From Mytilus trossulus (taxonomy: Eukaryota), in the NCBI RefSeq assembly GCF_036588685.1, contig NC_086385.1:32821216-32885215 (forward strand): DNA of 64,000 nucleotides, in the 5' to 3' direction. The position numbers and the translations under genes were made by a program. Numbering within the stretch: position 1 is the first letter of the stretch; every line of letters starts with the position of its first letter. Shown here piece by piece: positions 1 to 11,992 of the stretch. Below the pieces are notes generated by a model. It ran no database searches. It was not told the DNA's origin and saw only the letters and a list, made by a program, of their open reading frames with translations.

Positions 1-309
1 ACAAATTAAAAAGACACCTAAGTACAGAACTGAGAATACTTGCAGTTATTGATAGGAAAGCCACTTACAACTAAAAAAAAAAAAAAAAAATATGCATCCA
101 ATTGTTTCTCATTTGCGTTTTTTATATAGATTAGACCATTGGTTTTCCCATTTTATTTGATTAATTGGTGAATGCTGCCAGAAACCTCTTGTAAAGCAGT
201 TTTGAATACAAACACTCTGAATTTTCATGCCCCACCTAGGAGCATTGTTTTTGGTCAGTGCCTATGTTTATTCGTTCATCTTTCCCACTTCAAGTTTGTG
301 GCCAGAAAT

Positions 310-900
310 GTTAAAAATAGAAAAAATATGGAGAATTGAAAAAAAAAAGGAAGAAAAGATAATAATGGGCAAAAACTAAGAAGGAAAGAAAACAATGGGC
401 AAATAAAAAGAATAGATAACACTGGGCAACAAATATAGAGAGTAGATAACAATGGGCAACAAAATAAGAAGAATAGATAACAAAGGACAAAAAAGTTAAC
501 AATGGGCAAAAATATTAAGAATCAATAACATTGCTCAACACATATGAAGAATAGATAACAATGGGTGAAAAAGATATGAACAATAGACAAAAAATTTGAA
601 GAAAAAGATAACAATGGGCAAATGAATATGAAAAATAGAGAATAATGGCTTACAAATATGAAAAATAGGTAACAATGGGTTACAAAATATGAAGAATAGA
701 TAAAAATGGACAAACAATAAGAAGAAAAGAGAAAAATGGTGAAAAAAATATGAAGAATAGAGAACAATGGACAAAAAGTAAGAAGAAAAGATAACAATGG
801 GGAAAAAAATATGAAGAATAGAGAACAATGGGCAACAAAATATGAAGAAAAGATAACCATGGGCTACAAATATGAAAAATGAATAAAAATATGTAAGAAT
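310..900 (+). repeat. Purine-rich minisatellite, about 30-33 bp unit
   Basis: aaaatatgaagaatagataacaatggg.. repeated about 18 times, degenerate. Confidence 0.9.
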
Positions 901-1393
901 ACAGAAATTTCATTCTTGAGGAAAATTTAATCTCCGTGCAGACTCACATAAGATGAATGCCAGCAGGTTGTTGGGACATCTTTATTTTGGTATTTGGTTG
1001 TCTGTGTCCCGGCCGTTATTGAAATTCTTGACAAATACCATACGGAGGGGAACAACCTAGGTTTCTGGAGACTGTTGACCCTGATGATAAACAATATCAA
1101 AATATGAGATGAATGAAATGTTCACCTTTTGATTGTGAGGTCACTTTGCCGTAGTCCAGAAGCTATTTATAGACTTGCTTGGTTCTTAGTTGCTATCTGG
1201 ATGATACATTTTGATCCATAATTTCAGTTGATACCCAAGATAACTCGGTAATTGCACATGACATGTGATAAAAAAAAAAGATGCAACTAACTTCTTTTAA
1301 AGTCGCTAGGTCAAAGATCAGGGTAACACCAGCAATGTGTAAGCTTCCAGGAAACAGTGTAAACTATTGGTGTAAAGCTTTATATATATGTTA

Positions 1394-3019
1394 CAGTAAA
1401 TAGGTGAAATTAGGAATTACATGTAATTACTAAAATTTAGGAATTACAGGTAATCCCCAATGCACTTAGTTAATACAAGTAATTCCTGAAACAGCCCAGT
1501 TATTACCAGTAATTACTAATTTTAAAATGAGTTTTTACACCTATTTACTGACTGCTAAAACAATGTTGTATTATGGTCAGATGATCAAAAGTTATGGTAA
1601 TACTAACTAGAAGATCAGTTAGTACTCTTAAACTATTGAATGGTTGATTTGTATTCAAAATATTTTGAATAAATATGGACTTTCAAATATTTGGTTGAAT
1701 CAGAGAAACTTTAGTTTTAATCCGAAATGGTTAAAGTTGAGCATAATATACAGATAATTTTTGACCAATTTCAGCAGACATGGAAATCAGAAATGGAAAA
1801 TTCTCCAAAAAACATTATGTTTTAACTTTTTTTCAAAAAACATTGAGTTTGAAGAATATTTAGACTTATTACCTTATAAAGATCAGATAATGTTGTGAAT
1901 GCTAAGAACTGGAATTAACTGTTATGTGCGTTTATACTAGCTTCGAGATATGAAAAAAATTAAATATATATTTTTGTTGTTGTTAAATCATTAATAAAAA
2001 TGATATAAAGTGAAATTATAGTTCACTGTTAATAGCCAATCTAGTTCTATTTTGTTAAATTCGCTGATAAACAAAGTTGATGAGTTGTGCACTTGCGAGT
2101 GAATGTTTGGACCTCATTGAATACGTATTCATGTGACCTTCAATTCAACCTCTAGCTGAAGATCAGTTATCGATGTATTAAGCTATTAACATTGTAAGGG
2201 TTTTGCAGAACAAATAGTCTCGCCTACTTTTGATGTTAATCGATGTTAATCGCAGGCTCAACAAAAATGAGGAAAAAATCAAAAAAAAATCCTCTAGATA
2301 CTATCTTTTGACTAGTACTATATAAAGAAGCTTCTGTCAAAATTGGGTAAAAATCCAGGATGGTTTATAAAATCTAATGTTTTAAAAACTTTAACTGCAG
2401 AGTGTATGTAATGTTAACTGGGAAAAAAACTAGTCCATTTATCATGTATAATATAAGTAATATAGGAAAAAAGGATTTTTTTTACAATCTTTACTTTCGG
2501 ATATTATCTTATACTCATAAACATTTAGCTTCTGTCCATGTTTGATAGAAATATAAGATATCTGGAGAAAGTTATTTTAAAGTTTTAAACCACAATGCAT
2601 GATTGAGATTTTAGTTTAACAAAATTATGAAAATCAATTTTGGATTGATATCATTGTCTTGCATGCATATATTTACGGAGTTTCAAGACCTATAAAACAA
2701 CCATTTTCCAGTTTCAATTCACAAACACTAAAGAGTGTGCACTTTTGATGTGCCTTATAGACCTACATCCTCAAGTAAGTTTCCTTAAAATCCCTACCCC
2801 TTTACTTTCTTATTTGGTATCTTGAATTATGTTTTTAATTTTTAAACAAAAACATCACGTTAGTAAATAGCTGTAAAAATGACAAAAAAAAATCAGTAAT
2901 TACCAGTAATCACTGAAACAACTAGTAAATACATGTAATTACTAAATTAGCTAGTAATTACAGGTATTTACTGAAATGTTTAGTAATTACGTGTAATTCC
3001 TAATTTCACCTATTTACTG
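1394..3019. mobile_element. Non-autonomous DNA transposon with CAGTAAATAGGTG TIRs (Tc1/mariner-type ends)
   Basis: About 40-bp inverted repeats CAGTAAATAGGTGAAATTAGGAATTAC, TA flanks, subterminal gtaattac repeats. Confidence 0.75.
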
Positions 3020-3059
3020 TAACATATATACCAGAAGGTAAAAGGCCTGAGTGAATTTC

Positions 3060-4130
3060 ATCTGTTATATATCCATTGTTCTTGATCTTTGTTTCATGGT
3101 TCAGTGACTGAAATTTTGAACTCTTTTTGTCTTGTGAAAATAGTAGTAGCTTAGGTATGTGGGTTCATTGTAAGGAATACATATCTGATAGACATTAGAC
3201 ACTTGACCTCAACCTCGTATATAAATTGTATATGGTGTACTAATCTGACATGTCTGACTGTCTGGTTTCATCTGACCTTGACCTTATTTCATTACTGGGT
3301 ATATTTCAGTTGATAATGTTTAGTTTTTGTGGTTTTAGCCTATTTCTCAAATAATTGAACCAATTGGGGCCCGATATTAATTTATGTATTGTATTGACGT
3401 ATGATTGCAAAGTGTACATGTCCAAGTAACAGGTTCACCTAACCTTGACCTTATTTCCTGGTTATTGGACATTTTTTTTTTAAAGTTTGGTCTATTTCTC
3501 ATGTATTTCATAAAAAGGATTTTTTGTCATAATTAAAGAAATTACTAATAAAAAATTCATTAGGAACTAGCTTCGAATCATTTCTATTTGTAGCAGTAAA
3601 CAACAATACCGGTAATATACTTTTGGCGGGAAATCATCTTTACGTCATTTTTATCAAGAGTAAACTTAACAATTATTACATGCTGAGTGTTTTATCTGAC
3701 CTTGACCTCACTTCCTGATTATTAAACAAGTCGAGTTTTGTGGTTTGGTCTATTTCTAAATTACTTGGAACAAATAGGGCCACAACATTTTATATATGTA
3801 ATGGCTGTAAGATGAACATGTCTGTCTCACAGTTTTTATATGACCTTGACTTCATTTTAACGGATCAGTCAATGTTTTCGTGTTTTTGTCTGATTATCCT
3901 ATACAATAACAAAAATGTCAACAAACTCTTGTGTATAACTGATTGTAAGGGGTACATTTTACTGTTTGGCAGGGTTTATATAAACTTTTTTAATGATTTA
4001 TTCGTCAGTGTTGATTTTTGGTGTTTTGGTCTGTGGTCTGTTTTTCATAAGGACCACTATATTTGGTGAAGGATATGACTGTAAGGAGTGCATGTTAGTC
4101 TGACAGCATGGTATTAAAGCTGGCCTTGAA
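3060..4130 (+). repeat. Degenerate Helentron-associated (HINE-like) internal repeats with TGACCTTGACC motifs; related pieces at 24490-24770, 36270-36345, 54071-54285
   Basis: Recurrent tgaccttgacct about every 170-260 bp. 54071-54285 has a subTIR plus (gtc)n head; 24738 has a caggtgagcgac tail. Confidence 0.5.
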
Positions 4131-4436
4131 CTCCTATGCACTTTTGTTTGTTAAAGATGTGGAATAACCAGTCGTGAGAATAAATCCACTTTATTTTGAA
4201 GGTCAAGATCGCACAAATTCATACCCTAAAATTTGGACAAATATTTTGTTCCCAGTTTTTAAAACTTCACACGTCACGGTGCAGAAATAAAGAATAATGA
4301 AATAAAAGTTTAGTTTTTTAAGATATTTTAAGAATTTTTAACCTTCATCAATGTTTATCAGAGGCAAAAAGAGGAACCAATATGTAACCAACACCAACAA
4401 AATTATTGTAATGCATAGCCGAAACTTGTATATCGA

Positions 4437-5594
4437 TGGTTTATTCCTTCAGTGCCAACATCCTTTGATCTACCGACAATTTACCTGTGAAATAATGTTG
4501 GCGTTCGAGGAATAGGTGCAAAAAGTTTAATAATGGTATATATCTTTATTCTCATAAAGCCAATGCATTACATCGGTACAGAGATAACAAATACAACAAT
4601 AAATGTTTACAATATGTACAAAACAAGCGAGAGAGGTTACAAAAGTTACAAGCCAGGAGTACACACACAAGTATTTATATTTTTTTTATAAAAGAACAAA
4701 GCTTCTTCAGAACTGGTTTTCTTGTACTTATCTTATCAGAGAATTTAACTGTATTTGTCGTTTTGTAAAATATGCAGTTAAAAACTCTTTCCGTTTTTGA
4801 TGGAAAAAATTGCATTCAAATATAAAATGATATTCGTCACCTATTTGTCGATTGTTACATAGACTGCAAAGGCGGTTTTCTCTGATCACGTTTTGCCATC
4901 TTCCTGTTCCAATCGGCAACTTAGTATTAGTCGTTCGAAATCGACAAAAAACAATAGCGTCTTTGAAGTCCAAAATGTTAAAATATTCTTCGAATTCCAA
5001 GTTTTTCTTAATTTTTTTGTAGTTTATACCTTTTGGTGAATTTTGAATGAGGGAATTCCAGTTCTGAATATATTGATCTAACAATTTCTGCTTTATAATA
5101 GTTTTAAACCATTCTTTATTAAATTGTGTGACTCCCATATGTATGAGAAAAATTGTTCAATCAAAATATTCATATAATTCAAGTATATACTTAACAAAAT
5201 AATATTTAAAATAATATGGAACTAAATAAATCTCTTATATCCTCTTTTAGTTTGAAATAGTTGTATTTCAACTAAATATATATTATATTTATATATATGT
5301 CTTATGTTGGTAAAACTTTTTCATTCCCAAATTTATTTATTTTTTAATAAATAGTAAAAACAAATCATTTTCTTTTTATCTTTATATTCATCATTATTTA
5401 ACCCTTAAATTTTGCTACTTTTCTGATTAAAATGTGATAAAATGTTACAATTTCATCAATTTCATTAATTATTTTTTACAGTTAAATACTTATAAAAACA
5501 CCTATTCTTATTATATAAACATCCATTGAAATATTTTTGTTGGCAGTCAAGGAATAGGTAACATATAAAATGTTGGCATTCGAGGAAGACACCA
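4437..5594. mobile_element. Non-autonomous TIR element with 6-bp TSD, interrupted by a LINE
   Basis: TIR TGGT..TTCCT....TGCCAACA at both ends. TATCGA duplicated at 4431-4436 and 5595-5600. Confidence 0.65.
4541..5140 (-). mobile_element. 5'-truncated LINE 3' end (RTE-X-like ORF2 C-terminus with CCHC motif)
   Basis: ORF 4728-5138 contains LPIGTGRW...RLCSLC...GDEYHFIFEC, followed by a 3'UTR with AATAAA. Confidence 0.85.
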
Positions 5595-6378
5595 TATCGA
5601 CATGTTTTAATCTCATCTTGTCTTGATTATCAAATTGTGCGATGTACATGTATATTATTATATGTCTGTCTGACAGGTCTAGGGTTCGGTTCGTCTTGCC
5701 ATGGCCTTACTGACATGAATCAAATTAACGAGATACGTGTACCTGCCTGTGTAGTAAGAAAGGGATTTTTTTTAAATCAATATATTTATACCATAGATAT
5801 TTTTCGAAGGATGTTAACTCTGATCCTGTGCATTTTTTCTTAAGAACTTTAAATTTGACCTAGGCCCATTTTTTAAGAATAACAAACATGAAAGAACATG
5901 ACTCTAAATAGACATACATGTATTTAAATTAGATTGACGTTATAATTTTTTGGAACTTCGGTCATTCTTGAAAATTGAAAAAAATCAAAAATAATAAAAT
6001 TTCGTGCGTCTGATGCGATTTTCTGCCTTGAAAAGTTGTTTAAAAGATTGAAAACTATAGAAATGAAGGATTCCTATCCATATCCACTTAGATTACCGTA
6101 ATCGTGAACATTCTACATGTACCACTGATCTAGCAGTGACCTCTATTTACCATTCAAATAATATTTATACCGTAATTGTGAACATTTTACATATATATTT
6201 TACATATGTATAATACGTTTACCTCTGATATAGCAACGAAAAACTCAAATCAGATCTTAAAACACCAGTGACTTCTCTATTTACTATTTATTTGTATAAA
6301 ATACAATATGGAATTATATACACATGGTCTAATTTACAATACTTGTTTTTATTAATACTTTATACAGTTATATTATTC

Positions 6379-6418
6379 TCGATTAATATAATCTACTAAA
6401 ATATTCCGTAACTCGGAG
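6379..6418 (-). promoter_or_regulatory. Conserved 3'UTR tandem stem-loops (CDE-like), paralog A
   Basis: UCCG-AGUUA-CGGA followed by GAUUA-UAU-UAAUC. The 16-mer GTAGATTATATTAATC is identical in paralog B. Confidence 0.6.
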
Positions 6419-6445
6419 AGTTTGTTATAGTTAATAAATTGTTCA

Positions 6446-6787
6446 CTACATATTGGCTTGCATGGCTTCGTAAGAAACAAGTAAAGATTTTAATGTTAAA
6501 ACAACATCCTTGATTATGATGTAATCACATGAATATCTGTATCTTCTGTCGGTAATCGGCGATTGGTTTGACATGATATCACGTGATTGATATTTCTCTA
6601 TGACAGCATCTGATTGGACGATGGCCATTTGAACATGACACAGCACATCATACAGTTTATTTTCAATGTCAATTATATCCGCTGAAAAGGCACCGTGGTC
6701 GTGCACGTTTTCATTGTTTTTAATCTGTTCCAGGAAAACTGCAGCTGTCGACAACTGTGCGTATGATTCCAAGAATGTTACGGTTAC
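6446..6787 (-). CDS. Paralog A exon 4 (helices B-D, stop)
   Basis: tttttttacag|GTA acceptor. VTVTFLESYAQLSTAAVFLEQ...LYDVLCHVQ...SRDIMSN...DYIIIKD...ANM*. About 35% identical by manual alignment to 27213-27569. AATAAA at 6353-6348. Confidence 0.92.
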   Translation of the reverse strand, partial: VTVTFLESYAQLSTAAVFLEQIKNNENVHDHGAFSADIIDIENKLYDVLCHVQMAIVQSDAVIEKYQSRDIMSNQSPITDRRYRYSCDYIIIKDVVLTLKSLLVSYEAMQANM

Positions 6788-7189
6788 CTGTAAAAAAATA
6801 TAAGTTGAATTATAATGCAACATCGTTTTTAACGTTCATTTTGATTGGATAAAGTCAACTATTTTCATGAAAAATGAAAGTACAAATCTGTATTCGGATA
6901 ATGAACTTTACTTTGACCCAAAACAAAATAGTTACTATCGATATCATCCTATTGTCAACTAGTAAACAGTGGCGGATCCAAAAAAATCATAAGTGGGGGC
7001 CCACTGACTGCCTAAGAGGGGGCTCAGTCCAGTCACGCTTCAGTGATTCCCTATATAAGCAACCAAATTTTTTCCCAAAAAGGAGGGGTCCCGGGCACCC
7101 TGCTCCCCCTAAATCCGCCTCTTGTAACTGAAATGAGAAGTCACATATGCAGTTTCAATTGCAAATGAACACAATAAAGCACAACCTTC

Positions 7190-7425
7190 ATTCTCAATAG
7201 ACAATGCAATATAAAGCAAAACTTATTATTTCTCAATAGCCAATGAAACAACACATACATTTTCAAAAGCCAATGACGTAAAACTTATTATTTCTCAAAC
7301 CCAATGTAAAACGTATATTTTTAATAGCCAATGAAATAAAACTTACATTTTCAATAGTCAATGAAACAAAAATCGCATTTTTAATAGCCAATGAAATAAA
7401 ACTTACATTTTTAAACACCAATGAA
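7190..7425 (+). repeat. About 30-bp tandem repeat overlapping the paralog A exon 3 donor
   Basis: aatagccaatgaaataaaacttacattt-like units, about 7 copies. Confidence 0.8.
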
Positions 7426-7520
7426 GCGTTCTTTTCTGGCATGTGTTCTACTTTGAAACCATCCAAATGTACTCGATCTAACCTACGTCTAATTGCTTGA
7501 ACAATGATTCTCTCATTTGC
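7407..7520 (-). CDS. Paralog A exon 3 (AB loop)
   Basis: tttttcttag|GCA ... AAT|GTAAGT, 114 nt, phase 0-0: ANERIIVQAIRRRLDRVHLDGFKVEHMPEKNASLVFKN. Same length and phase as paralog B exon 3. Confidence 0.88.
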
Positions 7521-9363
7521 CTAAGAAAAAGAAGAATAACACAAAATAAAATTTTTATGTTTGTTGTTTACTATTAAAAAGTAAGAAAATTACACACGTG
7601 CTGACTATATTCAGAATTCAGACGAATCGTAAAAAGAGGTAATATGTATACATGGGAAATTACTGCGCATATACCCTACCAAGACATTATATTGAAGTAA
7701 CCACTCTTTAATCGCTATCTTTAATAAAAGGGTTATTAAAACACCTTCAACTAGGTGCTGCTCACATATTACAGTGGGACTAATGCACCCCTTCTGTCAC
7801 CATTACTATAGAACTCTTTCATATATACATCGACCATTAATCTTTTATTGTTTTCTGTGGTTTTGGTGAGAGTGAGTGCTTGGTTTATTTTCAAACACTT
7901 TGCTCGAATCTACATGTCTTGAATTGTAAATATATATTAAATTCATTTACACTATTCCGAAAGATGTTCCAAGCGCATTTAAGAGAAAGGATTCTAACTT
8001 TGGCTAGTATTATATTTTAAGACATTATGTTACAACCTAGTTATATGTTTGCTTTTTGTGAGTTTGTAAATTAGGGGGTGGGGTGGGGCAACTTCCGAAG
8101 CAAAGTTGTCGGCTCTCCGGACATTCCCGAAGTCCTGCGTTGATTGCCGAGTTTATGAGCTTCAGTCCTTGCTTGGAAGTTGGGGTGGGGTAGGGGTTCT
8201 GGATGGGGTTCTTAAAATCAAGAAATGTCGACCAAGTGAACAGAAAAAAGGGGGAAAATATACCATAAAGTAAAAAATATGACTGGCGGAAAAGAATCAA
8301 TAGTTTTACCGTGCTTAAAATTATAAAGAAGAGAGCATAGTGGGAAAGTAAAATGAAATATATAGTGAAATTTCACAAAAAAATACAAAATATACAGAAA
8401 TGGCCACCTTATACAGACACTTTCTACGGCTTTCTTTTTGTATTACAGTTAAATAAGTTTTCTATAACGATGGTCTTATAGCATTTGTAAATTGTGCCAC
8501 TTGCTGGAGGATGAAAAACACTTCATCCTTGAATGTAAAATAAGCTAAGGGATAATCTATTTGAAAATTGTTTACCTTCTGATAATTGTATGTCTCTTAC
8601 CAAAGATAAAAAGAAAAGAAAAGAATAGCTTAACCGATCTATCATGGAACATGTTAAAAATTTTGGTTCCTTTATAAAATAGTAATTAGTCACCACTACT
8701 GGTGTTTGACGACCTTGACTTGCTGTCGGTACATTGGTCAGAAATAAGGGCAGAAGTCTTATCATTTTTTTTCATGTGTTGATTTCTTTTATTTTTTATT
8801 TATTTATTTGCTATATTATATAAAAAAAGAAGATGTGGTATGATTGCCAATAACAGCACTCTCCACAAGAGACCAAAATGAAACAGAAATTAGCAACTAT
8901 ATGTCACCTTACGGCCTTTAACAAGGAGAAAAGCCCATACCGCATATGTTTGTTTTTATTATAAAATATTTGTTTTTGTCACAATCTAATTATGTTAATA
9001 TGACGGTCAAGATATCATTATATAACACGTGATTAACTTATATAAAATAGGAGGAATAAACAACAGTTACAATACGAGAAGGATATCCTTAATAATATTA
9101 AGAAAATTAATAAAAGTAAATAAACAACAATTATTAATCAATTGAATCCCAACTCTTTTATCTTTATTTTCTTTGAACAAGGTTTAAAGATTGAGTTCCC
9201 CTGTTGTCAGACACTTGTTATAAAATATACGATTTCAGATACTTTTTGTAATATATAATTACTAAACACAGTAATATACAAATAATGAGTCGGACTACGT
9301 CTTTTTTTACAGCTTAGCTAACATCTGAATCTTTTTTTTTAAAAGAAAGATATTTGTACATAC

Positions 9364-9542
9364 GTATTTAATTCTCAGGTTGGTTGCTATGTCGTCTGCT
9401 TCTCGGAGTCTGACGATCAGATCAGAGATTATTTCCGGCTGAGGGGGTAGAGGTGGGCGTAACGTAGAAGATCCACATGGATGTCGCCATCTTTCATTTC
9501 CTGCTGGGAAACAGTCGATGTTACTCACCAAGGAAACAATCG
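9364..9542 (-). CDS. Paralog A exon 2 (end of signal peptide, WRHPCG motif, helix A)
   Basis: Acceptor tatttcag|CG and donor TAC|GTATGT (phase 0). Translates AIVSLVSNIDCFPAGNERWRHPCGSSTLRPPLPPQPEIISDLIVRLREADDIATNLRIKY. Homologous to 28904-29052. Confidence 0.9.
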
Positions 9543-9794
9543 CTGAAATATTAATAAGATTTGATGAAATATCTTATAAGAATTAATGTTAATCATGGTG
9601 GAAACAATCGCTGAAATCAAATGATTAATAATAATTGATGATATATAAAGGAAAACAATTGTCGTAAATCATCGAGGAAACAACAGCTGAAGTATTTAAA
9701 TAGAAATGATAAATTATTAAAATTTATCATATACTTAGATTAGTCAATAAAGTTAAATGTATGTACAATCATATGACAATCAATGATAATTGTT

Positions 9795-9975
9795 TTGTAT
9801 TTAAGTCATCGATGATGGTATCGATATAAGTAATCGATCAATATCATTCATCGACGATACTATCGATGATGGTATTATTATCAGCCATCGAAAATGGTAT
9901 CGATGATGGTATGAATATCAGTCATCGAAAATGGTATCGATATAAGTAATCGATAATGGTAACGGTATCAGTTAT
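9795..9975 (+). repeat. Degenerate atcgatgatggtat tandem repeat in paralog A intron 1
   Basis: Repeated atcgat/ggtat units. Confidence 0.75.
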
Positions 9976-10607
9976 CCTTAATACAAAGACAATAAAATAT
10001 CATCATAAAAAAATCATATATTTTAGACATAATAGTTTTGGTAAATGTTCAGAGGTTGTCGTTTGTTTGTTTGGTTCATAAGTGTTTCTCTTTTTTATAA
10101 AGATAAGACCGTTGGTTTTCTTGTTTAAATGGTTTAACACTAGTAATATTTGGGCCCCTTCATAGCTTGCTGTTTGGTGTGAGCCTAGGCTCCGTACTGA
10201 AGACCGTAAATTAACCTATAATGGTTTACTTTTATAAATTGTGACTTGGATGGAGAGTTGTCTCATTGGCACTCATACCACATCTTCCTATATCTATGAA
10301 ATAAATGACACGCTTTATTTTTCCGGGGAACTTCTAAAATCTTGTAACACTCTCTCAATATCACCGCCTTATTTCATGTTGGAATTGACTCGTAGAATGG
10401 GTTGATAAAAAGTATGAAAGAGGCGAAATATAAGTTGTGGTGGTGGGGTGTGGTGTTGTGGGACTCAGTACTACCATAAGGATTTACATATAGGATAAAT
10501 GCATATACTTTTTGCAAGCATCAGTCCAAACGCCTCTTTAAGAACACGTCTGCATGGTAATTGGTTATAGATGAATGCTTTTGAATAATTAATATATAAA
10601 TACATAC

Positions 10608-10641
10608 CCAAAACCATTAAAATGACCGACTGAAGGTACAT
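10608..10641 (-). CDS. Paralog A (Unpaired/IL-6-like helical cytokine), exon 1: signal peptide start MYLQSVILMVL
   Basis: ATG at 10641, 11 mostly hydrophobic codons plus G, then GTATGT donor (phase 1). Joins exon 2 to give MYLQSVILMVLAIVSLVSNIDC/FP. TATATATA lies about 80 nt upstream. Confidence 0.85.
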
Positions 10642-10689
10642 TATTGCTTGTTTGTTTACTTTTGTTTGATTACTTATATCTTAAAACTG

Positions 10690-10955
10690 TAATTAAAAAA
10701 CTAAAACCAAACTTATGATATATATACATACCTGAAAACTTTCATTAAAAAAAAATTAAAAAGGGGCTTATGCCATAAATGAAGAAATGACTAAGATACA
10801 AGTGACTAGGAACTTGCTATACCACATCATCTCTAATTGTATTCATTAACAACAATAGAGGTTGACGGAAGATACATTTGACGTCATTCTCATCAAATGA
10901 AATCTTAAAACAATGAAGGAAGAAATTAAATAAATCGGACATCCTTTCGGAAACA
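10690..10955 (-). promoter_or_regulatory. Paralog A proximal promoter: TATA box and CRE
   Basis: TATATATA at 10726-10719, Inr-like TTACAGTT about 30 nt downstream, perfect TGACGTCA at 10879-10886. Segment 10831-11030 is duplicated at 11611-11790 with the CRE retained. Confidence 0.6.
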
Positions 10956-11034
10956 AATTTTAACTTTGTCATTGTAGTAACTTTAGTAGTATCCTTTTCA
11001 TGCTTTTTTAATAGTTTTTAAAAGTTATGCTGTT

Positions 11035-11444
11035 TAAAAATACGTCCCCCAAACGTAACAAATATGTTGTCAATAAAAAAATCAAGCATCTTGATAATGT
11101 CCGTTTCAGAGATTTGTTTGAATCAAATTTTTGCAAAGTAGGATTTATCCCTCCCTTAGACAAGATATATACTTGTATCTACGTTGATCATTCTTTTTGA
11201 AATGGAACAAAGCAATACCAACTCTTTCGATTAGTCATTTATTTTGGAATTTGGAATATTTGTGTTAAAAGTGTAGAAAGGTGCTTTATTTCTATTGCAA
11301 GATGAAAGAGTCTTAGATTGAAAGTATTCTAAAAGATCTTTGGATTTTTTAAGCATCCACATCTGATTCACAATACCTATAGAATAGACAGTTTCACCAT
11401 AGCTTATATTAGAAGCCTGGCTTTGATTGCTAATAAAACTGATC
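11035..11444 (-). mobile_element. Second fragment of the same Penelope-like RT
   Basis: Homologous to 14115-14760 (atccacatctgatt, gtaggat.tatccct, tacttgtatctacgtt). Confidence 0.75.
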
Positions 11445-11813
11445 AGTGTACGGATTCAGAACTTTTCATAAAGGGGGTGCTGATTGACATAAGGGGAAGT
11501 GTGCCGCTCCACCCATGCTCCCTATATAATCAACAAAAAAAATTCACACTAAAGGGGGCCGGGCCCCCCAGGCCCCCCTGGATACGCCTATGCTGATGTT
11601 GATAATTCCTCTCTAATTGTAGTCATTAACAACAATACATAATGACGGAAGATCAATTTGACGTCAAATCTTAAAACAATAAAGGAAGTAATTAAAAATT
11701 AAAATCGGACATCCTTTCGGAAATAAATTTTTACTTTGTCATTTAAGTTAAAGTATTCTTTTTGAATAATTTTAAACAGTGATGCAATTTTTACATATTT
11801 TACCTACATGTCA

Positions 11814-11992
11814 CAGTGAAACCTGTTTAAACCGAGCCTCTTTGGGACGGCTTAATATTTTGTTCGATTTTGGCCGATGTTCGGTTTTATCATGTCAACA
11901 ACGCATACAATTTGATATGACGGTTCTTAAGAACATGTTTGGTTAAATAGATTTTTGTTTTATGCGGGATTCGGTTAGGCCAGGTTTCACTG
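11814..11992. mobile_element. MITE CAGTGAAACCTG (second copy 45518-45694)
   Basis: Terminal inverted repeats, TA flanks, two homologous copies of about 180 bp. Confidence 0.8.

Noticed and set aside
276-913. Hydrophobic minus-strand ORFs of 63-112 aa
   Set aside because: They are translations of a purine-rich minisatellite in several overlapping frames.
10732-10745. ATG AAA GTT TTC AG|GTATGT as paralog A exon 1
   Set aside because: Phase 2 gives an early stop in exon 2; 10608-10641 fits far better.
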